From NCBI RefSeq assembly GCF_006345805.1, contig NC_043012.1:57350001-57414000 (forward strand): a stretch of DNA of 64,000 nucleotides. Direction: 5' to 3'. Numbering within the stretch: the first letter of the stretch is position 1; each line of letters begins with the position of its first letter. Made by a program: the position numbers and the translations under genes. The notes beneath the pieces are model-generated. The model searched no databases, was not told the origin of the DNA, and was given only the letters and a program-made list of their open reading frames with translations. The stretch is from Octopus sinensis (lineage: Eukaryota). Shown in pieces: positions 39,041 to 53,521 of this stretch.

Positions 39041-41532
39041 ATATATATATATATATATACTCTTCTCTGGTCTGAGTGGAAAGAATAACTAGTATCATGA
39101 GTAGAAGAATGACTCATAGAACATCGTTGGTATGGACAACAGAATAGCAACAATATTGCAAGTAGTATTCAGTGGAAAGTTCATGCCAGACAGGGATGGG
39201 CTTAGAGAAGCTGAGAGGCCAGGTTTGTATCACAATGTGTTACCATGGGAAAGTTCCTACAAGATGAGGAGGTGACTTATAGATGTAAGAGATCTGACTT
39301 CTACCGCAATGTGTTTTCAATAAATGCTATATTTTTAGTGGAATTCCTAAGTTTGGTTAAGTTTGTGTGTCATAGTGAGGTGATGGTGGTGAGAGGGAAG
39401 AGAGGAATCTAATGTCTTGGGATTGAGAGGGAATAAAAAAATTGCTTTTCAACTTGAAGAATTTTCTTCTTCTCTCATCTGAAAGTTCAATTCAAAAATC
39501 TCAGATTCCTCTTTTCCCAAAGGTGTACAAACCTACCAAAAGTTATGAACTTCATCCATTTAATTTTTACCAATGCAAACCACGATCAATTCGTAAACCA
39601 ATAGGGAGGTTATGATTTGGCTGCATGATTTGCTAAAAATAGCATCTGAATTTTTCCCAGATTACGTTCCACTGACTTAGAAAAAAAAAATAAATAAAAA
39701 GACACATTGAATGGTGTAGTGTTGAGATCGCTGTGTAGGAATAACACAGGATGGTCATGGACAGAATACTTTTGATAATAGATCTGCTCAATTAGGGTTG
39801 ACCCAGAGCTAAACAATAACAAAAGCAACAATATATGTATATTCATGCATATTCATGCTTTACATTGGAACCTAAATGTGGCTGCCTGACGTGTTAGAAA
39901 TAGCAGCTCAATCTGCCGCCAATCACATCACACTGTCTTGAAAAGGTCACTTAGGATAATGTAAGTCTAGATTGTCTGCATTAAAATTTGAAACAAATAT
40001 TATCATCCTCTTCATGTGTACAGGTAAAATACCTGTACAGAGCCTTTTTTTGTGGTATGAAGAGTTTATCTCTTCTGGATCTTTGCTGAGGTATGCTAGC
40101 CCTGGTTTTAGATCAAGACGTGTTTCTTGGCATCTTCACTGCTGACCCTAAATGAAGGCGCTAATGCTGAGTTAAAGAACCATTTTCAGAGGAAGATTTA
40201 CCATATATATCACAATGATATGACCTCTCTCTTTTAAGACTGTGTACATAAGTAGTTTATATACCACTCTGAGAGAATAACAACTGTAGGATGTTATTTA
40301 CTTCTGTGAAAGGGACAAACACAAAAGTAATCTCTAAATTTTTCTTTGCTGACCCCAAGAAGGGTTTTGGCAGAGGATCACACTCCAGGATCTGGTAAAC
40401 ACTGAGAAATTTAAGGGTAAATGAACGAGTTATGGGGGCTGTTTCAAAACCCATATACAAGATGTTTATAACCAAAGTAAGGAATGGTATAAAATTTGGA
40501 ATGATGATACATGAATAAGCAATGTATAAGGTTGGTTGTAGTGCAAAATGAGAAGAAAAAAGTTTATTAATTCTTGGCATTATGGATAGAGGGAAAAAAA
40601 ATGGGCGTAAATTTAATGAGGGTTATGATGATGGTGATAATGATGAAGATGATGATGATGATGATGTGATGATGACGACGACGACGGCGACGATGACGAT
40701 GACGACGATGATGAAGATAGTGATGTAATCAAAGCACACTTCCGAAAACGGTCCTGATGTAGATGCTGATATGAAGGTTTGACATTCAAATATTGCTGCT
40801 CCAAATATTAAAAGAATTTGTAATTAAAAAAAAAAAGGAGTGGGGGGGGAGATAAAAAAATATATAAAATAAAATTATGTAAATCTAAACAAAAGCTAAA
40901 ATCTGAATCTGAAAATGTTAAAATGAAATATCTGTGACTAAGAAAATAAAAATAGCTGAAATTCTCACTGGAATTAAAGTTTCTTGTTACACAGAATTCT
41001 GAAAGAGTGTTTGTTACTTTTGATTTTAAATTTATTATCAAACAGTGGGATAAAAAAAAAAAAAAGAAAAGAAAGAAAATACCCCAAAAAAGTAAATGTA
41101 ATCTTTTACTTTCTGCTACATTGTATTTGTCATGGTACCAGTCATATAACGGTGCCATTTTAATTCACAGCATACTCAGTGACACTGCTAGTTTTACTTA
41201 ATAACGTTTGTTTCACATCCATTTTTCCATGCCAGTATGGATCAGATGAATACATTATTGAGGCATTGTTTCTCTAGCCAGACACCTTATCTGACATTAA
41301 CTCCTGCTTTCTTTCCAAGTAAGGGACCACATATTCCACACAGCCCTTGAAGGTACGAAGTGAGTGAATGATTTGTTGACAGGAGAAGCAGGCAACAACA
41401 TCGTGCATGCAGCACTTTTTACACAAGCGATTGCAGGTGTAAAGAAGCACACACTCTAGTGAATTACAGGTGTTTATATCATATCTCAGCCTTAAGAGTA
41501 ACTTATGAGCGACTCCCTCTTCCTTATTAATA

Positions 41533-41747
41533 AACCCTTCTAGTAAAGGCACAAAGACTGAAATTTTGGGGGAAGGGACTAGTCAATTACATCGACCCCA
41601 GTATGCAACTGGTACTTAATTTAGCGACCCTGAAAGGATTAAAGGCAAAGTTGACCTTGGCGGAATTTGAACTCAGGACATAAAGACAGACAAAATGCCA
41701 CTAAGCATTTTGCCCAATATTCTAACAATTCTGTCAGCTTGCCACCT
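41533..41747 (-). mobile_element. SINE family B
   Basis: Reverse complement of the family core. Confidence 0.8.
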
Positions 41748-41816
41748 TAAAAATAATAATAATGATGATGATGATGATGTTGACGATGATAACGACAAAG
41801 ACGTGACGATGACGAC

Positions 41817-42025
41817 AATATCCTACACAAAATACTTTCTATGTTATCTCAAATTTTAAAACAAATGCGTAATTTTCTTATGGTTTCTTAAACATTCTCT
41901 AGAACAACACCATGTACAAAACCAAATATATGGCACCCTAGGCATAACACAAACATGAACTTCTAACTTGTTGTCTCTTGAGGTCTCTGGGTGAGACTTT
42001 GTGCCAACTTGTACAAATACAAAGC

Positions 42026-42026
<1 letters not shown>
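41817..42026 (+). mobile_element. Dong/R4-like LINE 3' end followed by (TAA)n
   Basis: ILHKILSM resembles the ILRKxLS ORF end; 3' UTR runs directly into (AAT)n; second copy at 1880. Confidence 0.65.
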
Positions 42027-42084
<58 letters not shown>

Positions 42085-42367
42085 TGATAATGATAATGAT
42101 GATAATGATGATGATGATGACAATAATAATAACAATAATAATAATAATAATAATAATTTTTGTTATTAATCCTTTCTATTAATAGAAAGGATTAATAACA
42201 AAAATAATGTGAGATGAAGGGCATGCCTCAACAAAATTCTGTCCAACCCATGCAAGCACTGGAAAAATGGACATTAAGTTTTGAAGGTGGTGATGATGAT
42301 GACGATGATAATGATGATGATGATGATCATGATCATCATGATCATGATCATCATCATGATCATCATC

Positions 42368-42399
<32 letters not shown>

Positions 42400-42403
42400 G
42401 ATA

Positions 42404-42435
<32 letters not shown>

Positions 42436-43614
42436 AAAAAATAATAATATCATCGAGAGACATAACAATTTCAGAAATGGATTTTTGTGATGGAACAGTG
42501 ACCAATATCATTTCTAAAGAATGTAGGTTTTTCAACACATCAGTGCACACACACACACACACACACACATACACACACAGAGGTTTATATGTATAGTTAT
42601 ACATACAGACACCAACACATGCACATATACCCTCTACCTCTCACCACACACACACACAAGCAGTCTTATTTATGTGTATCTCTGACCATGGTAATTCTAA
42701 CTACAGCGCCAAATTTAGAAATCGGACAGAACAGTGCAACTTTTGTCTTGTCTTAGAGACAGTTGCCATGATAATCTGAGACATCAAGTCTGCTTGAATT
42801 CTAAACAAAAATGATTGAAGATTCCATTTCAATCTATTACCACATACCGAAATTTTTGTGCTCGAAATTCAGGAAAAGATCATGTTGAAGAATTTAATAC
42901 GAAGACAGACAGACATACAATATCATGATGTCTGTGAATGTCTAATGCATAAATTCTCAATATTCTTGAATTCCTGTAACATTGGAAATCAGACAAAAAA
43001 TTCCTGCTGCATTTTGCATCTTTTCTCATTTACTTGTTTCAATCATTGAAGTGTGACCATGCTGGGGCACCACCTTTAAAAGTTTGGTTGAGCAAATTGA
43101 TCCCAGAACAAATAGTTATCTTTTTATTAAATCAGGTACTTATTATTTTGGTGTTTTTGTTAGCTTACAGCTATAAACTCCAATGAAGCTACAGGGTGAT
43201 ACTCAAGCACTCAGCTATGAGTGCATTGCATCTAATAGCAGAAACAACTGTAAGCCAATGAAGCACATAATAAAATTGTATATTTCTTTTTCATCCTATT
43301 TTCTTATATAAACATACAAACAGACAGATAAAGGAAGAGCCAGAACATTGAAACACAAATTCACACAAACACAAAAATTGCACATAGCATATTTAAAGAC
43401 ATATAAGATGCATTGTTCCCTACCACCCAAAATGTCTCAAAATATCACCCACCACCCATCACCCACCGTCCTATGTCCAAAGTTGGGCTTCTCATAATCT
43501 CCAATACGCAAAAACACTTTTTCCCTGAACATGCACAGTTCAAAGTGAAAATGCATCTGATATTCCCGTGTGTTTTAAGCCATCATATACATTAATCACA
43601 TAAGTAGAACACAC

Positions 43615-43656
<42 letters not shown>

Positions 43657-44109
43657 AAATATAATGCGTACGCACATAAATGTATGCATCTCTGATATGA
43701 AAAAGTTTTGTTTACCTTGAATGCTTAAGATTATGTTGTGAAATAAAGACAACATTCCAATTAGTAAAACGTCCAATGGTCTTCAAGTGTGACAAATACA
43801 GGAACCGCAGGGTGAAGAAATTCAGGAATGAAAAAGAGAAAAAAAGAAAAAACGGAATGAAACAACGGCAAAACAAAGGCTAAGATCACACGAGATATAA
43901 TATATAATATGTAAGAATTTTAAATGATGAAGAAGATAAGCAGATGAATACATGTTCATGTGTGTATGTGTGTGTGTGATCATTTGATGTTTGTTTTCCA
44001 TGCAAGCATGGGTTAGAAGATTTTGCAGGAGTTGGCTAATCAGAAGATTGAACGAAGCTCTGCTGTGTCTGCTTCAGCATGGTTTCTATCACTGGATACA
44101 CTTCCTAAT

Positions 44110-44322
44110 GACAAACACAGACACACAAACACACACGCATATATATACATATACATATATACGACGGGCTTCTTTCAGTTTCCGTCTACCATATCTACTC
44201 ACAAGGCTTTGATTGGGCCGAGGCTATAGTAGAAGACACTTGCCCAAGGTGCCATGCAGTGGGACTGAACCTGGGAACATGTGGTTGGTAAGCAAGCTAC
44301 TTACCACACAGCCACTCCTGCA
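44110..44322 (-). mobile_element. SINE family A (head half)
   Basis: Matches the family consensus. Confidence 0.8.
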
Positions 44323-45106
44323 CCTTGTTTTGTTTTACCTTCATGTTTTGATAATGTTATTTTTAATCTAATAAAGGCTAATAAATGTGTTTGTTGTTGA
44401 TTATATAGTAAGATAAAATCATAGTGATAACAATACATCTCAGTTGTAAAATAAAGCATTTTGAAACTACATACACATGAACAACAAAAAAAGCTAGCTG
44501 TGGGCCCTATTTGAGAGGAATCGCATATAATTTGCACTTTTAGATGATGGTATAAAACCTCTTAATATATTGGAGACGGGGTAATTAACTCAGGTGAGTA
44601 ATTATCCCAAGGAGGTAATAGTCCTGATACAATCACTGATACATGTTAATGATAATCTTCAGTCAATGTAAGATAATAGGAAATATTTATGAAGGTACAA
44701 CAATTCTTTAAGATAAATATTGGGATCAGTCTCATACAATAACCAAATAAAAAATGAAAACTTTCATTCTATTGATGCAGTATTGAGTACTTCTCTTTCT
44801 TTAGTTCAATATACCAATGCATATGGATGCATGTGCATGGGAGTATAAGACACAAACACATGCCTTATTTTCTAGATACAAACATGAGACATGTATAAGA
44901 ATTCCCTCATGCATGCACAGTATGAAACACACACAGAGCTAAATGTATATGTATACACACATACACACTATTTAATAATCGTACACATACACACACACAC
45001 ACACATATTACATATATATATACACATATACATATATATATATGCGTACATATACAAACACACACACACATATATACATATGTACATATATATATATGTA
45101 TATATA

Positions 45107-45148
<42 letters not shown>

Positions 45149-46327
45149 ACACACTAAGATATACATCAGTTTGGAAGCCGGATGTTAAACGATGTTGATG
45201 ATTATGATATACATACATAGGTATACATACATACATACATACATACATATAGATAGATATATATATATCTACATACATAGATATACACATACATATATAT
45301 ATATACACACATATGTATGTATATATATATATATATATATACATATATATATAAGTATATATATATATATCTATATAGATAGATAGATAGATATATAGAT
45401 ATATATATCTATATACATGTATGTATATACATATATACATATATTGTCAATGACTAGTCTCACAGAGTTAAACCTCTTTTGATCCAAGGTAATCTTATTC
45501 ACAAGATCACCTAGGATCGAAACAGGATTATCTCCGTAAACTAGTCACCAATAAAAAAAAAAAAAAAATAAAAAATAAAAAATAAAAATAACAAACACAC
45601 AAAAATGGAATAAAATGACACACTCCACTTCATGAAGTATTCAGTGGTTACATTCGGTTATGTGAAAGCCTTGTTCTTAAAAACCACAAAACCATCCACA
45701 AAAACACACAGACACGTGTGTGTGTGTGCATGAACATGCATGTACGCACAAGTTTTTATAGATACAAATCCTCAAGCTACTGAACATAACAGCGCTGTAT
45801 AACGTCAGTTGGCATCTCAGTAGGGAGAGACTCTGTTAGGCTTTTCCTAAATCACGGTGACTGGTGTTCGACAACTGACGATGGCAATGACCCACAGCAG
45901 CAAAGCTAGCTGCATGCATCTATCACTCTCCCTCTCTCTTTCTCTCTCTCCTCCAACTCTTTCCCTCCCACACATCTCTCTCTCTCTCTCTAGCTCTGTC
46001 ATTCTTTCCCTGTTTGTCTTCATGTCCTTTTCTCTCTCTCTCTCTCTCTCTGTGTCTCACCGCCCCATCTCTTGCACACGCATATACAAACATGTGCGGA
46101 TATTACACTCACACATATGACGAGGTATTAGGGTTTTATAAATATGTATGTATATATGTAAGTATAAACACTGACTTCCTACATATAAACAGATATATGC
46201 ACACACACACACGTGTATGTCTATATGTGTATATCTATGCATGCATATATATATGTAAGGGTGCGTGTGTATATATATGTGTGTGTGTATCTATAGCCTT
46301 TACACACATGAAAGCTCCCATCCTTGG

Positions 46328-46407
<80 letters not shown>

Positions 46408-46414
<7 letters not shown>

Positions 46415-47290
46415 CAGTGAATAAACTGTCGGCTAAATTACACAAAAATGAAAAAAAAATTGAAAATAACACAGAAATCTCATTTTAACAGATATATTTA
46501 CCTCAATTACATTAAAATATTTTGAAATACTAAATAATAAATTCATTCAATAAAACAGCCATTGGCTTCAACCATGGCCTCCAGACTTTGGAATCTCCTG
46601 CAACTCTTCTGGATGGTCTCCTTGTTTTAAGTTGGTGAATGCTGCCATAATCCTTGCCTTAAGTCCATCTTTGGTGTTACAAGGAGTTTTGTTGGTTTCT
46701 CACTCCACTGTGCCCAACACATATTATTCAAGGGGATTGCAGTCTGAGGAGTTAGGTGGCCAGGTTTTAGGGGTGGTATGGTCGCAGAAATTGTCTGACC
46801 GCCATGACTGGGTTCTCCTGCTTGTGTGGCATGGTGCAGAGTCCTGTTGCCAGACATAGGGTCTTCCAGCAACCACCCTCTTGACTCAGGGCACCACTAC
46901 CTCCTCCAGGCACTTGATGTAAGCCCCCATGTCGAGTCTGTGGCCATGTGAGAAGACGAATGGAGGCATAATGTTACCATCACTAGTAATCACTCCAAAC
47001 ACCATGATGCTGACTGAATGTTTGATTTTTATCACTCTCTGTACATGTCCTCAGATTGAGACCGAAACACTCTGAAATGTTCATATTGGAGCTTCCTGTG
47101 TGAATGCAAAGCAGTACAGCTTGTCGTTTCCAAATTTTTCTCAGAATGAATTGCATTGTGGTGTTGCTTTTCTCACAGAGGGTGCTCAACTGACCCTACT
47201 ATACTGTGTAGTCAACAAAATCAAAAACAAACAATGTGCTTGCACAAAATTACAAATATAAAATGGCGACAATTTACCCATCGCACCCTG
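46408..47290 (-). mobile_element. Tc1/mariner maT-like internally deleted transposon
   Basis: TIRs cagggtgcgatgggtaaattgtcg / cagagtgcagtgaataaactgtcg; minus-strand YVWQQDSAPCHTSRRTQSW..WPPNSSDCNPL with 37 residues between the second D and the next acidic residue (E in this decayed copy). Confidence 0.85.
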
Positions 47291-47324
47291 TATGTATATG
47301 TGTATATGTATATATATATATATA

Positions 47325-47388
<64 letters not shown>

Positions 47389-48211
47389 ATATATATATAT
47401 ATATACACATATATATATATATATATATATGTATGTATATACACACACATATATATATGTATGTATATACACACACATAAGAACACCAAAAAGCCCATAT
47501 TGAATCCACAAAACTACATGTATATGTCTGTGTGTGCATACATAAGTATCTATATTTATTTTATGCTTATGTATTTATACACATTTATGCATACATAGTC
47601 ATTAAAATGTATGCACAGACAAACATACGCATATATTCACACACACACACACATCTGTATGTGTTAATATATATCTACTGGTAAGTTCACATATGATAAA
47701 TCAACTAAGAATATAAGTTAGCAAACAGAAATAAAATGATAGAAAGAGGTTAGAATTCACTTATTATTCACACGATGGTGTGTGTGGATGAGGAGCGGGG
47801 GTTTTTGCTTACATACATAACTACAAACTCATGCACACATACATACACACACACATATATATATAGAGAGAAACTGAAAGGGAGAAAAGAGAGAGAAAAA
47901 CTGAGGGCAAATGATAACCACACCTTAACCCCTAGCATAGACGATGAGGCTACCTGTCAGTATTCTTAGTTTGGCTAAATGGTTAGAGTTACTGTTTGCT
48001 CTGCAGAAATATGTAAGTAAATACACACATATACATACCTATACAGATACATACACATATACATTCGCATATACATATATATATATATATACACACATAC
48101 ACATTCATGCATACATATACACATAGATTCAGATACATACAAACATATATATATATTTAGAGAGAGAGAGATATGCATATGTATATATGTATATGTATAT
48201 GAAAGTAAAAA

Positions 48212-48257
<46 letters not shown>

Positions 48258-48307
48258 TGCACACACACACGTATATATACACATTCATAGATAGATAGAT
48301 TCATATG

Positions 48308-48351
<44 letters not shown>

Positions 48352-48903
48352 CACCTGTATATACATACATATGCACATACATTCATTCATGCAGACGTAC
48401 ACATATACATACACATACTTGGCAATTTGTGTAGACTCTAAGGTATCAACAGCAGGAATTGAATAGATATACATTGTATATGGTGAGTCATATGCAAAAC
48501 ATATTTGGTCTCAGTGTGAAATTCGACTCCACCACATTGTTGATAAATGATAGAATTGATTCCATTTATCTATTTAGTTATCTCACTAGGCAGTTTGGAT
48601 TAGATTCTTCCCCACGTCATGTAAACTTGTAGGGCCTGTTTCACCATCCAACCACCCACCCCGGTTTCCGTGGCACAAGTTTTCCTCCCTCCCCTACCCG
48701 CACCCCAAATGGATGAGGTGCCAGGGTCTGTTGCAGGATTACTCATTTTTACAAGTTGAGTGGAGTAAAGCAATGTGAAAAAAAAGTGAAGTGTTTCGCT
48801 CAAGAACATAACGTGCCGCCCCTATCCAGGAATTGAAACCACAATCTTACAGTCCTGCATCCAACACCCTAACCACAAAGCCAAATGCCTCCACCAGCTT
48901 GAA

Positions 48904-49141
48904 TTAACCATTTAGCATTTAAACTAGCCTTATCCGGCCATATCTAGCCCAAATATTCTACCTGCTTCATACTGAAACTGGGCAGATCCAGCCTCTCACA
49001 CTTACCTTACAATGTCATTCTAAAAATGAACAGTTATATTATCAAAATCTCACAGCAACGTGATAATGCATGATTAATAAAATTTAACGAGAATATGTAA
49101 CGATTACATTTGAACTAGTAATCTGAATGCTAAAGGGTTAA
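48904..49141. mobile_element. piggyBac-like MITE
   Basis: ttaaccatttagcatt / aatgctaaagggttaa TIRs with TTAA ends. Confidence 0.7.
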
Positions 49142-49494
49142 GCTATAATAAACCGTCTCCTATCTGTCCGGCACCAATGGGACTACAGAGTTGCTGGATA
49201 ATGGAATTTTCCGGATATCTGATCATCATTAATTTTTTTATTTGTAAATTACCATAACACCTTCCAATGACTCACTGAAGCTATGTATACATCAGGATTT
49301 GCCATTAATATTCTGAATACAATAGAAAGGGAAGAAAGAGGAAGATATTAGAAAAATGTAATTTAAGTAAAGAACAAGCTTTATTAACTTAATATAATAC
49401 AGGTGTTGGAAATGTAGTGAAATAAAATTCTTGCGCTGCTCTTTGAGAAACATTGATCCATTTTAGATACAGCAGAAACTTTCTTTCTTTTAAT

Positions 49495-49902
49495 GGCACA
49501 GGAGTGGCTGTGTGGTAAGTAGCTTGCTTACCAACCACATGGTTCCGGGTTCAGTCCCACTGCATGGCACCTTGGGCAAGTGTCTTCTACTATAACCTCG
49601 GGCCGACCAAAGCCTTGTGAGTGGATTTGGTAGATGAAAACTGAAAGAAGCCCGTCGTATATATGTATATATATACATGTGTGTGTGTGTGTGTATACGT
49701 TTGTGTGTCTTTGTCCTCCAACGTCGCTTGACAACTGATGGTGGTGTATTTACGTCCCCGTAACTTAGCAGTTCGGCAAAAGAGACCGATAGAATAAGTA
49801 CTAGGCTTCCAAAAGATGTCCTGGGGTTGATTTGATTGACTAAAGGCGGTGCTCCAGCATGGCCACAGTCAAATTACTGAAACAAGTAAATGAGTAAAGA
49901 GA
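49495..49902 (+). mobile_element. SINE family A, full length
   Basis: Matches the family consensus. Confidence 0.9.
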
Positions 49903-50166
49903 ATTAATTAAAAGAAAATTAGCACTAATTCTCTTGACTCTAATTGACATCATAGTCATCATCATCATCATCATCACCATCTTTTAACATCTGTTTTCCA
50001 TGCTGGCATGGGTTGGATGGTTTGACAGGAGCTGGCAAGCCAGAGGGCTGCACCAGACTCCAGTTGTCTGCTCTGGCATGGTTTCGATGGTTGGATGCCC
50101 TTCCTAATGCCAACCCCTGCTCTTATCTGTTCTGCTCATATACATTCTCTCCTCCTTGTTTTTCAG

Positions 50167-50239
50167 ACCCACATGAAATTTCAACCAAATCTCAACCACG
50201 GACATTCTTGTTAGCCATGCATTTGATGGAGAACTTAAT
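50167..50239 (+). pseudogene. Pseudo-exon paralogous to the signal-peptide exon at 56388-56460
   Basis: Same 73-nt length and splice sites (ttttcAG / AAT-GTgaga); reads PT*NFNQISTTDILVSHAFDGELN, so ATG lost and TGG changed to TGA. Confidence 0.65.
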
Positions 50240-53200
50240 GTGAGATCTGTTCAATTTTTTAAACCCTTATTTTCACACTGTGTGAGTGTGCGTGCGTGTC
50301 TGCATGCATGTGTGCATGTGTGTGTGCGTATGTGCTGCTCTTACAATGTCTGTTGACATTTTTTACTTGTCGTCATTTTGTCTGGTAGGTGGCTCCACGT
50401 TTTCCTGAACAAGTGGAATGGAAATTGCTTTATTTGAAAAGCAGACAGAGTTTAACGATACACGAAGGGTCAAAATGTTCTTCACAAACAAATGCAAAAC
50501 ATGTACAAACACAAGCATTTGTGTGTGAATGCATTCGTATGAATTTACATTTATACTGCTCAACAATCAGTACCGTGCGGTCTTGTAATTTGGCAGATTG
50601 ATAAATAAGGATCTTTAACTTGTTTCAGTCAAAGACTGTGACCATGCTGGGGGCAGCACCCAGAAGAATTTCTTTTAGCTGAATGAATCGACCCCAGTGC
50701 TTATGTTTAAGGCCTGGTACTTATTCTATCAGGTTTTTTTTTTGCCAAGCTGCTGAGTTATGGGGATATAAACATACCAACATTGGTTGTTAAGTGGTGG
50801 TGGTGGTAGTGACACAAACACACACATGCATATATACGATAGGCTTCTTTCAGTTTCCATCTATCAAATCCACTCAAGAAGGCGTTGGCCAGCCTGAAGC
50901 TACATTAGAAAACACTTGCCCATGGTACCACACAGTGGGACTGAACCCAGAACCATGTGATTGGCAAGCAAACTTCTTACCATACAACCACACTCTTTAA
51001 GGTTTCCATTTACCAGATCCAAATCCACTCACAAGTCTTTGGTTAGACTGAGGCTACAGGGGAAGACACTTGCCCAAGGTGCCATGCAGTGGGACTGAAC
51101 CTGGAAACATGTGGTTGGGAAGCAAACTTCTTACTACACAGCCATACATGCACCTCTATCTCAACAAAAAATAGTCCTAAACATGACCTTCCTCAACAAA
51201 AGATAGACTGGTGCATAAAACTGCTTCCTGTAGTTAAGGATAATGAAATTTTGAGTTGATGTATCTGATTTCTGCAGTAATAGGGTTAATGGTTACGTCA
51301 GCTTGCCACCTTTCATACAAAGCTGAATAATGAACTTGATTAGAAAGTCTCAATGTAGTACTTGAATTATTAGAAATAGCAACTAAACCCCTCAAAAATC
51401 ATACTCTGCTGTCTTAAAAAAAAAACCGAAAGAAAGAGGACACATTATATAATGTAGTTGTTGATAACCAGAAGCAGAAAGACAAGATGGTTGTAGTTAA
51501 AATGCTTTAGAACATAGGTCTGTTTGAGCAGAAATGATCTGGGGACCAAACAACAGCATTACAATATTGACAACAACATCAAGAATAATAACATCATCAG
51601 GCTAAGTAAATTCTTTGCTCATGGTTATCATAGCAAGAACAGGAAGTAATTAATGAAGGTCATATTATCAAAGGAACGATAATGCCCTCTTTAGAGATAA
51701 AACTGGTCCTACATGCAGTGAGTGTATATAAGACTGGTGAGCTTGTTAACATTCCTGAATGGGGCTTTTCAGACATGTGCAGACGATCTGACACAATTCT
51801 TCACTGATATCTTCAATTAGGTTCTTTTTGCAGCAAGCCCACAAGAGGAGTCTACTTGCAGTTACTCAACTTGCTAGAAATAGCAGCTAAATTGCTCACA
51901 AATCACATGTTATTGTCTTAGAAAAGTAACGCTGGATAATGTAGTCTTTGGGTTCCTACATATAAGAAAGAAAAAGATGGGTAAAGCCCGTCTTGATCTA
52001 CGTCTAAACACAGCTGATTAGATTCAAAGAGGAATGGAATACCAGAGAAAGTAAGTGCATAGGACGCTGTGATTTTCCTTTTCTTTTCTTGAGACAGTAG
52101 AATATGGTTTGCGGTGAGATGAAGGCGATTTGACTGTTGTTTTTAGCAGGCTGAGAAAAGGGAGAAAAGAGGGGGAAAAAGGGCAGGAAAAAAGTGGGTA
52201 AGAGAGAGAGAAGAATGGATTCTAGTATTAGAGTGATACTTTATCAGCCCCTGAAAGAAAAGAAGGTGAAGTTGACTTCATTGGGATTTGAACTCAGAGT
52301 ACTGAGTACAGGCAGAGTGGAGAATCAGTTGAAAACCCACACCACAAGACTTCTACTTGTTGCTCCAACAACCCTGTCGACTTACAGCCTTGAATACCTG
52401 GAAGGCAACGAAGCTTATTGTAAGACTTATGTCAACGTAAGAGGAAGTTCAGAGATTTCATGAACTTAGTTAATTCGTCTCAACTGAAGCATTAAATTCC
52501 AAGAATGGTAAAGCATCGTAGACATTCTCTTTCGTAATCCAAATAACATGATTTTGTTTGTGAAGAATGTCTGTGTGTCTTTAGGTACACAATGTAATAA
52601 ATTAACCTCGCTAGACGAGCTGCTGTCTCATTATATCATGGAGCTGTAATTGTGTTTTATCTTTTGATTTTTTTTTTTACTTGTTTCAATCTTTGGACTG
52701 TGGCCATGCTGGGGCACTGCCTTGAAGGGTTTAGTTGAACACATTGATTCATTTTGGTACTTATTTTGTAAGTCTGGTACTTATTCTATTGCAGAATGAC
52801 AAACATAAGGTGACATAAACAAACCAACACTGGTTATCAAATGGTGGTGAGGACTAACAGACAGACACACACGCACACACACACACACACACATATCTAA
52901 CTATCCACTATTTATCTATCTACCTGTCAGTCTGTGTATATCTTTCTCCTATCTATCAATCTCTTTCTCTCAAGAGAGAGGCAAAGTGGCCAAGTTCCTT
53001 GAGTGCTGGGCCTCACGGACGCAATAACCAAGACCTTTGGCATTATGTCGTGCTTGAGAAGAAGACCCATCAAGCCAAGCAGAATCGCAGTCATGGCAGA
53101 TACTGGTGTCACGCAAATGGCACCTGTGCCATTACACTCTCAGAGTGGTTGGTGTTAGGAAGGGCATCCAGCTGAAGAAAACCATGCCAAATTAGACAGG

Positions 53201-53488
53201 AGTCTAGTGCAGCCTTCCAGCTTACCAGCCCTGGTCAAACCATCTAAGCCATGCTAGCATGGACAACGGATGTTAAATGATGATGATGGTGATATGATGA
53301 TATATATATATTTATGTTTATGTTTATGTTTTCCAGTTTCAGCTCTTGAGCTTTGGCCATGCTGGGGCACCGCCATTTATATATATATATAGTCAATTCA
53401 AATAAACAAACAATAAAATTAAAAGCAATAGCAAACAAGATATGCACAAGGAATGTATTAGCTTGATGTTCAGTAAAAAGAAAGAATC

Positions 53489-53521
53489 ATTGACGCTTCG
53501 AGCATAGCTCTTCATCAGAAA
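53489..53521 (-). ncRNA. Minimal hammerhead motif
   Basis: uuuCUGAUGA-aGAGC uau GCUC-GAAGC-GUC^aau; same short family as 14184 and 24528. Confidence 0.55.

Noticed and set aside
52311-52506. Exon-like unique sequence downstream of the pseudo-exon
   Set aside because: Stops in all frames before the putative donor and no recognisable protein
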